This document shows positions 57,868-64,000 of a stretch of 64,000 nt of DNA, piece after piece. The notes under the pieces are model-generated. The model ran no database searches. It had not been told where the DNA came from and saw only the letters and a program-made list of their open reading frames with translations. The position numbers were made by a program, and so were the translations under genes. Every line of letters starts with the position of its first letter. Position 1 is the stretch's first letter. Source of the DNA: an uncultured virus (IMG/VR IMGVR_UViG_3300021959_000013) (taxonomy: Duplodnaviria > Heunggongvirae > Uroviricota > Caudoviricetes); the IMG/VR virus record IMGVR_UViG_3300021959_000013; one strand, given 5' to 3'.

Positions 57868-59226
57868 ATGAACAACATGTTTAACGATGATATAACAACA
57901 AGCATTGCTAGCACAGTAAGAGATGTACTTGAAGGCAAGCCAGCTGTTATTAAGGAGGAAGTAAAATATCCTCACGATATGTTTCACCCAAAAACAGGTG
58001 AAAAAGAAGTAGCTAATAACGAAAAAGAGCATAAAGCTTTAGACGCTAAAGGTTATACACATAAAAAAAATGAAGTAGCACAACCACAAAAACCATCTGG
58101 TAAACTAGGACAAGATTCTGGTGAAAAAGACTTTGCTGATAAACATAAAGGCAAGAAAGTCGGAGAAAAGGAAGACGGTACTGTAGTTAAAGAAGCAACT
58201 ATTAGTGTTAGCGAAAAGCTAAAGAAAAGCGGTAAAGATACTTTAGATGTAGATTATATCGGTGATGATAGATTAACTAAAGAACTTGAAAAAAAGTTCA
58301 AAGTAAAAATCAAATCAACAGGTAACACTACAGCTGATATAACAGGCGATAGAAAAAACATTATTAACCTATTAAAATCAGATGCTTATCTTATGGATGA
58401 AGATGAAATCGAAGATACATTTCCATCATTAGCTGAAGAAGTTCAACCTGAAGAAGACGAAGCTAAATTAAAAGAATCAGAAAAGCAAGCAGCTTATCAA
58501 AAAGTATTTAAAGCAGGACTTAAAAAGTTTGGCGCAAGCGGTATTGGCGATATGGATGATGCTAAGAAGAAAGAATTCTTTAATTGGGTTGATAAGAACT
58601 ATAAGTCTAAAGCAGAAGAAATTAAAGCTAAAGGAAAAGACGAAGAAGACGTAAATGAAGCTATGTCACAGAAAGATATGGAAAAACGTCTAAAGCTTAT
58701 CAAAAAGGCTGTTGAGAAAATCAATAGACAAAACCTAAGAAATGCTAAAGCAGACGCTATGAAGATGATGAAGCAATCTGGAATGTTTGATGAAGATGCA
58801 TCTGACGAAGAAGAGGTTGATGAACTTACTGATAAACAAAAGAAACTTCCAGCTGGTTTACAAAAAGCTATTAAAGCAAAAGAAAAGGAAGAAGTAAAAG
58901 AAGACGTCAGAGACATGAAAAACTATAAAGATAGAGATCGTAAAGGTCATGAAGCTTATATGAGTATTCAAGTTGTTAAAGGTAATACTAGCAATAAGTT
59001 TGATGATGACTTCGGTTTTTCTAAAGCTGAGATGGTTATGATGGATAAACTTATTAGCAAAATCAAGAATATGCATGTATCTAGTTTTGATGGTGGTTCT
59101 TCAGGGCCAGCTTCTTTAGAGTTCTACGGTGACGAAGCTTCTCTTAAGAAATTTATAGCAGATAAAAATGTACAAAAGATTGTTAAGAAATATAAAGGTA
59201 AAGTATCAGGACCAAATAAGGCTTAA
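57868..59226 (+). CDS. Large charged modular hypothetical protein, probably virion-internal
   Basis: Lys/Glu-rich modules separated by VKE/VNE/LKE-type linkers. Confidence 0.6.
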   Translation: MNNMFNDDITTSIASTVRDVLEGKPAVIKEEVKYPHDMFHPKTGEKEVANNEKEHKALDAKGYTHKKNEVAQPQKPSGKLGQDSGEKDFADKHKGKKVGEKEDGTVVKEATISVSEKLKKSGKDTLDVDYIGDDRLTKELEKKFKVKIKSTGNTTADITGDRKNIINLLKSDAYLMDEDEIEDTFPSLAEEVQPEEDEAKLKESEKQAAYQKVFKAGLKKFGASGIGDMDDAKKKEFFNWVDKNYKSKAEEIKAKGKDEEDVNEAMSQKDMEKRLKLIKKAVEKINRQNLRNAKADAMKMMKQSGMFDEDASDEEEVDELTDKQKKLPAGLQKAIKAKEKEEVKEDVRDMKNYKDRDRKGHEAYMSIQVVKGNTSNKFDDDFGFSKAEMVMMDKLISKIKNMHVSSFDGGSSGPASLEFYGDEASLKKFIADKNVQKIVKKYKGKVSGPNKA

Positions 59227-59246
59227 TTATCTCTTATAGATAATAT

Positions 59247-59618
59247 ATGATGAAAATATTTGACGAATTGACAGACAAAAACTTTAAACTTTTTGCAGCG
59301 CAACAATATAACAATCCGGAATGTACGGATGTTGAAGAATTTAAGAATGACCTTTCAAGATTTAAGTATCTTAAAAGGCTACTTACAAGATATGAAGAAC
59401 ATGGCGAATTACAAGAGAGACTAATACTCAATCACATCATAGTTCTTTATAACGTATTTGGTATACAATCTTGTAATAAAATGATGTGGTTTAAGATAGA
59501 AAAAGAACACTATCAATATATTAAACCATTTTTAGTTTATCTTCACTATCTACCAGAGGATGAAAAGGTTGAAGTTGTAATGGACCCTAATATTGTAGAG
59601 GTATTAAGAGAACTATAA
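59247..59618 (+). CDS. Conserved T4-like hypothetical protein
   Basis: YNNPEC..EEF..DL.RFKYLKRL, LILNHIIVLYNVFG. Confidence 0.75.
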   Translation: MMKIFDELTDKNFKLFAAQQYNNPECTDVEEFKNDLSRFKYLKRLLTRYEEHGELQERLILNHIIVLYNVFGIQSCNKMMWFKIEKEHYQYIKPFLVYLHYLPEDEKVEVVMDPNIVEVLREL

Positions 59619-60211
59619 TGGGAATTATATCAAGAGCAGGAGATTTATTTTACGCATTTCGATTTTTGAAATTGCTCGTTACTCCGTTCGAGAAAACGAA
59701 AGCTTTTGAACTTGGTATAATAGACGAAAAAGGTAAAGTACTTAAGAAAGCATCAAAAAGAACTAAGCCAGAAGAAAAATCTGCTTATACTGTTTTTCAC
59801 AGACTCGTATTTAATCTTAAAAGGCTCGTAGGTAAAGTACCTGGCGGAAGGTCTGTAGTAGCACGTTATGGAGCTGCTCTTTTCCTTATAAGAGAACACA
59901 CTGGAATGTCAGAAAAGAAAATGCTAGAGACATTAGAAAAAGTATTAGAAATCGATATTGATTCAAATGAACTAAATGAAAGTACATGGTATCAAGATGA
60001 TGACTTTAATCTTTTTCCAGGTAATTATATACTAACAGAAGATATAGCATCGATTACAACAGGTGAAGTTATTGCTCTAAAAAATCAAAGAGTTGTAGTA
60101 AAAGAATTACAAGCACCAATTGGAAGCTTCTCGAATATAAATATCTATAGGGTCAAACATTCAAAGACGAATCAAGACCTTTATATAACTAATAGGGATA
60201 TATGCAGATGA
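59618..60211 (+). CDS. Conserved T4-like hypothetical protein
   Basis: RFLKLLVTPF...AFELGIIDEKG, YTVFHRLVFNLKR. Confidence 0.75.
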   Translation: MGIISRAGDLFYAFRFLKLLVTPFEKTKAFELGIIDEKGKVLKKASKRTKPEEKSAYTVFHRLVFNLKRLVGKVPGGRSVVARYGAALFLIREHTGMSEKKMLETLEKVLEIDIDSNELNESTWYQDDDFNLFPGNYILTEDIASITTGEVIALKNQRVVVKELQAPIGSFSNINIYRVKHSKTNQDLYITNRDICR

Positions 60212-60687
60212 TGACATTTAAGGAACATGCTCAGTTAGATGAAGCATTTCCACTTGCAGGTCTTATAGGTGCAGCACGTATAATAAGTTTTGGATTAACA
60301 AGAGCTGGTATAAACGTTGCTAAAATAGTGGCGCCTTTTCCTTTTGGTGGAATAAAAGGTGCAATAGGCGGAACCGTATTAGGAAGCATAGCTGCTAAAT
60401 ATGGCTGGGATAGTATTATAGAAACTCAAGCCCTTGGAACGCGATTAGTAATGGATATAGCAAAAGCTTTTGGTGGAAATATTTCAGCTGCAGTAGCTGC
60501 AGCAATATTTGAAAAGGTATTAATTATTGGAACTACAGTAACTTTAGGAGCTTTATTATTAGTATTAGTACCAGCGAAAACTCGTAAGAAAGTATCAAGA
60601 TCGATAAAAAGTTTTAAGAAAAAGACTTTAAAAATGTCAGATATAAAAGCTATAGGTAAAAAAATAAGAAATGAAAAGAACATTTAA
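60208..60687 (+). CDS. Hydrophobic putative internal protein
   Basis: MMTFKEHAQLDEA followed by Gly/Ala-rich hydrophobic helices. Confidence 0.6.
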   Translation: MMTFKEHAQLDEAFPLAGLIGAARIISFGLTRAGINVAKIVAPFPFGGIKGAIGGTVLGSIAAKYGWDSIIETQALGTRLVMDIAKAFGGNISAAVAAAIFEKVLIIGTTVTLGALLLVLVPAKTRKKVSRSIKSFKKKTLKMSDIKAIGKKIRNEKNI

Positions 60688-60904
60688 AGAATTTGAATCA
60701 ATGTGGGAAGACGCAGCAGCAAATTCTGTAGGCGGTGGTGGTGTATCAATGCCAGCAGATGCAATGGGTAAAGCAGCTCATAAAAAACATAAGAAAAGAG
60801 TTTACGATGGTAGAACTAAAGAAGGTAAAGCCTTTGTTAGAAGAATACTAGATAGAAGAAATAAGAAAATGCTGAAAGGGAGCAAGATAGATGAAAACGT
60901 TTAA
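60671..60904 (+). CDS. Putative internal protein
   Basis: MKRTFKEFESMWED; DGRTKE motif. Confidence 0.6.
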   Translation: MKRTFKEFESMWEDAAANSVGGGGVSMPADAMGKAAHKKHKKRVYDGRTKEGKAFVRRILDRRNKKMLKGSKIDENV

Positions 60905-61184
60905 TGAGTTTAAAAAAGAATTAAGTGAAGCTTATAAGTTTGATAAAAACGACTTTAGGTACTGGAGACCTGGTGGAATGGAACTTAAGCTTAGAAATGG
61001 CGCATACGGATATGACGTTGAACAGGCATTTAAAAAGGCTGGATATGATGTATATGGTAGAGATGTAGATATTAATAGAGATTCTATTAAATTTAACTCA
61101 TACAGTAAGCATTGGGGAACAGATGATAAAAAAATACGTAAAGTAGTATTAGATGTTCTTGGTGTAGATATCGAAAAATTATAA
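60891..61184 (+). CDS. Putative internal protein
   Basis: MKTFNEFKKELSEA. Confidence 0.6.
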   Translation: MKTFNEFKKELSEAYKFDKNDFRYWRPGGMELKLRNGAYGYDVEQAFKKAGYDVYGRDVDINRDSIKFNSYSKHWGTDDKKIRKVVLDVLGVDIEKL

Positions 61185-61185
61185 T

Positions 61186-61428
61186 ATGAAAGATTTTGTT
61201 ATTAACATGTGGGAAAAAATCAAATGGTTTTTAAGACTATTCCAGAAACGATATACAATTCATGTATCATTCGATAATCAATGGGGTAATGGCGACGACC
61301 AAACTTACGTACATGTAAGAAAAATAATCAAAGCAAATTTTAAAGAATTAAAGTTTAGAACTGATGATAAAAGAACGGTGCATATAAAAGGTATGCAAGG
61401 TTTAAGATATAAGATAGAGGACGAATAA
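61186..61428 (+). CDS. Hypothetical protein
   Basis: Tightly packed ORF. Confidence 0.6.
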   Translation: MKDFVINMWEKIKWFLRLFQKRYTIHVSFDNQWGNGDDQTYVHVRKIIKANFKELKFRTDDKRTVHIKGMQGLRYKIEDE

Positions 61429-61643
61429 TGATTGAAAAAATAATTTCAGAACAGTTAGGTGTTGAAATAGATACAGTGACTGATGATAAAAACCTAATGA
61501 ATGACCTAGGCGCAGATTCATTAGATACAGTACAATTAGTAATGGATATTGAAGAAGAATTTGATATAGAAATTACTGATGAAGATGCCGAATCACTACA
61601 TACAGTAGGCGATATTAGAAAATATATAGAGGACAATACATAA
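61428..61643 (+). CDS. acpP: Acyl carrier protein
   Basis: [36 protein letters not shown]; phosphopantetheine Ser in DSL. Confidence 0.93.
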   Translation: MIEKIISEQLGVEIDTVTDDKNLMNDLGADSLDTVQLVMDIEEEFDIEITDEDAESLHTVGDIRKYIEDNT

Positions 61644-62026
61644 TGAATCAAATGATGATTGGATTAGTACTTATTCTTGGACTAGGAGGTTTTTATCTAT
61701 ATAATGAAAATCAAACTCTTACACAGAATAATATCAAATTAGAAGCAGCTGTTGAAGAACAAAAACAAACAATGGCTATAATGAAAGAGCAATACGAAAA
61801 ACAAGGTAAAGCTCTTATGAACATGAGTAGAGTAAATGCTCAAATAGAAGCTGATAAAGCTGAATATTTGGCTATATTTTCTAGACATAATTTAGATGTA
61901 CTTGCACTAAAGAAGCCTGGACTCATGGAAAAAAGATTTAATGATGCAAGTGAAAAAGTAATGGAGGGACTTGAAGATGATACTAAAGAATTATATAACC
62001 TTAGTAATCCTACTATTAATAACTAG
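61643..62026 (+). CDS. Putative inner-membrane spanin (Rz-like)
   Basis: N-terminal TM, coiled coil, KKPGL.E motif; overlaps a lipoprotein gene. Confidence 0.65.
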   Translation: MNQMMIGLVLILGLGGFYLYNENQTLTQNNIKLEAAVEEQKQTMAIMKEQYEKQGKALMNMSRVNAQIEADKAEYLAIFSRHNLDVLALKKPGLMEKRFNDASEKVMEGLEDDTKELYNLSNPTINN

Positions 62027-62489
62027 TGGTTGTTCTTTATTAGGAACAAAACAACTAGAGGTCGTATCTAAACCTGTACAAATAGATATCATGCAACCAG
62101 ATTTGCCAAGGACTGTTGATTTAACAGCGCCAAAATGGTATGTTGTATCTGAAGCAAGAATAACAAATCCATGTAAAAAAATAGAAGATAAGAGACCAAA
62201 AACATGTGACTTATCTGAAAGAGAAAATCCTGATTGGCCAGAAGGTTATACATATCTGGATAGATTCCTTGATGAAATGAAGGAACAAAATAATGGTGAA
62301 GTAGTTTTTGTAGCTACATCAGTTGGTGACTATAAAGTTATGGCTGAAGATATGCAAGAACTTAAAAGATACATAAAACAATTAGGTGAAGTCGTTATAT
62401 ATTATAGAAACGTTACGATGCCTAACGGTGAGAAAGGTGTCGGAGTTGGAGTACAAACTCCTGAAAATGTAGCCGAAATAAGAGGCTAA
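61977..62489 (+). CDS. Putative outer-membrane spanin lipoprotein (Rz1-like)
   Basis: Signal peptide with lipobox ITSGC, Pro-rich segment, C-terminal helix. Confidence 0.65.
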   Translation: MILKNYITLVILLLITSGCSLLGTKQLEVVSKPVQIDIMQPDLPRTVDLTAPKWYVVSEARITNPCKKIEDKRPKTCDLSERENPDWPEGYTYLDRFLDEMKEQNNGEVVFVATSVGDYKVMAEDMQELKRYIKQLGEVVIYYRNVTMPNGEKGVGVGVQTPENVAEIRG

Positions 62490-62505
62490 AAACTTAAAAT
62501 AAACG

Positions 62506-62534
62506 TTTACAAATCGCACGATTTGTGGTATAAT
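62506..62534 (+). promoter_or_regulatory. Sigma70-type promoter (nrdA)
   Basis: TTTACA-N17-TATAAT. Confidence 0.85.
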
Positions 62535-62544
62535 ATATAATATA

Positions 62545-64000
62545 ATGAATACAACTACTATAAATGTCACTAAACGAGATGGGTCAATAAAACCATTCGA
62601 TTTAGATAAAGTTCATAAAGTTTTAGAATGGGCAGTTGAAGATATATCAGGCGTATCAATGTCTGAAATAGAACTTAAAGCTAACATACAACTATATGAC
62701 AAAATTGCAGCTTATGATATCCATGAGCTTTTAATCAAATCAGCCGCTGAATTAATTTCAGAGCATACACCAAACTATCAATTCGTAGCAGCTCGTCTTA
62801 TATCTTATAAGATGAGAAAAGAAGCTTATGGAGAATACACACCTCCACCATTAACTCAAATCATAGAAGAAAACATAGAGTTAGGAGTATATGATAATGA
62901 GATTGTTAATATATATTCTGAAGATGAAATTGTAGAGCTTGATGCTTATATTAAACATGAAAGAGATGATACATTCACATACGCAGGAATGGAACAATTT
63001 CGTGGTAAGTATCTTGTTCAAGATAGAAGAACAAAGAAAATATACGAAACTCCACAAATACTTTATATGATGATATCAATGACTCTCTTTGGTAAGTATA
63101 AAGAGAATAGATTAAAATATGTTAAGGACTACTATGATGCAATATCTCAATTCTATATATCACTACCTACTCCAATCATGGCAGGGGTTAGAACACCGAC
63201 TCGACAATTCAGTTCTTGCGTCCTTATTGAATCAGGAGATTCCCTTGACTCTATTAATGCTACTGCTACTTCTATTGTTAGATACATAAGTAAAAAGGCA
63301 GGTATAGGAATAGGCGCCGGCTCAATAAGAGCAAATGGTGCAAAAGTTGGAGATGGTTCAGTAGTACATACTGGATTGATTCCATTCTTAAAATATTTCC
63401 AATCAGCTGTAAAATCCTGCTCTCAGGGAGGTGTAAGAGGAGGAGCTGCAACTGTATATCTGCCCTTATGGCATCATGAATTTGAAGACCTAGTAGTACT
63501 TAAAAACAATAAAGGTACAGAAGAAAATCGTGTAAGACACATGGATTATGCGTTTCAATTTAATAAGCTTATGTATCAAAGGTTACTTGAAGGCGGTAAT
63601 ATAACTTTCTTTGACCCAAATGATGTACCTGGTTTATATGAATCATTCTTTGTTGACCAAGAAAAATTCCAAGAGTTATATGAAAAATACGAAAGAGCTC
63701 ATAGTGTAAGAAAGAAATCTTTACCAGCACTTGATGTATTTCAAATGTTTTTAACTGAAAGAAAAGATACTGGTAGAATATACCTTATGAATGTAGACCA
63801 TGCTAATGACCACGGTTCATTTATAGCAGAAAAAGCTCCAATCAGAATGAGTAATCTTTGTTGTGAAATTGACTTACCAACAACTCCTTTAAACGGTCCT
63901 GATGATAAAGATGGAGAAATATCTTTATGCACATTATCAGCTATCAATTGGGGACTTATAAACGAGCCACATGAATTTGAAAAATATTGTGACTTAAGTG
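62545..64000 (+). CDS. nrdA: Class Ia ribonucleotide reductase alpha subunit (3'-partial; absent from ORF track)
   Basis: Translated by hand: MNTTTINVTKRDG ATP cone, LPTPIMAGVRTPTRQFSSCVLI, SQGGVRGGAA, SNLCCEI, LCTLSAIN. Confidence 0.96.
   Translation, partial: MNTTTINVTKRDGSIKPFDLDKVHKVLEWAVEDISGVSMSEIELKANIQLYDKIAAYDIHELLIKSAAELISEHTPNYQFVAARLISYKMRKEAYGEYTPPPLTQIIEENIELGVYDNEIVNIYSEDEIVELDAYIKHERDDTFTYAGMEQFRGKYLVQDRRTKKIYETPQILYMMISMTLFGKYKENRLKYVKDYYDAISQFYISLPTPIMAGVRTPTRQFSSCVLIESGDSLDSINATATSIVRYISKKAGIGIGAGSIRANGAKVGDGSVVHTGLIPFLKYFQSAVKSCSQGGVRGGAATVYLPLWHHEFEDLVVLKNNKGTEENRVRHMDYAFQFNKLMYQRLLEGGNITFFDPNDVPGLYESFFVDQEKFQELYEKYERAHSVRKKSLPALDVFQMFLTERKDTGRIYLMNVDHANDHGSFIAEKAPIRMSNLCCEIDLPTTPLNGPDDKDGEISLCTLSAINWGLINEPHEFEKYCDLS

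Noticed and set aside
30842..60143. Intragenic TATAAATA matches (30842, 57714, 60136)
   Set aside because: They could be real internal late promoters, but chance matches are expected in AT-rich DNA, so they were not annotated.
968..63947. Numerous minus-strand ORFs of 60-170 aa in the ORF track
   Set aside because: They shadow well-supported + strand genes and show no recognisable motifs.
1..64000. CRISPR array, integrase, IS element or diversity-generating retroelement
   Set aside because: No regularly spaced repeats, recombinase, transposase or reverse transcriptase seen; the repeated motif is a dispersed promoter.
7179..64000. Introns or inteins in gp17, gp43, gp41, uvsX or nrdA
   Set aside because: Lengths are normal and reading frames continuous in the visible parts.
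1..64000. Stop-codon reassignment
   Set aside because: Core genes are full length in the standard code and TAA, TAG and TGA all serve as stops.

Overview
A 64-kb, AT-rich segment of a T4-like myovirus genome (gp13-gp23 module), probably from a marine or aquatic phage of a proteobacterial host. Host is inferred from the IbpA-, bS21-, ACP- and class Ia NrdA-like genes. Almost all genes are on the + strand. Order: two tail-fibre-like genes; neck, terminase, tail and head genes, with a RimK-like ligase inserted between gp17 and gp18; uvsY/uvsW, gp55, gp47/gp46, tRNA-Ala; a vWA/MoxR pair; gp45/44/62, regA, hsp20, gp43; an AEP-like primase; a DNA-modification cluster; bS21, uvsX, gp41; a long late block of putative capsid-packaged proteins; ACP, spanins and the 5' part of nrdA. 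The main candidate for an undescribed system is 38.4-45.2 kb. There a T4 gp42-type dCMP hydroxymethylase lies with myo-inositol-1-phosphate synthase, a HAD phosphatase, an aGPT-Pplase-like DNA transferase, an SGNH-fold protein and a C5-methyltransferase-fold protein with an altered SAM motif. The last three end in the same clamp-binding-like LxxF(F/M) tail as gp43, suggesting replication-coupled, possibly inositol-based, cytosine hypermodification. Other highlights: about 16 proteins with T4-like capsid-targeting N-termini, a ROSE-like RNA thermometer before hsp20, a 13-copy promoter family with one antisense copy, and many apparently leaderless genes. All family calls come from reading motifs by eye, not from database searches.
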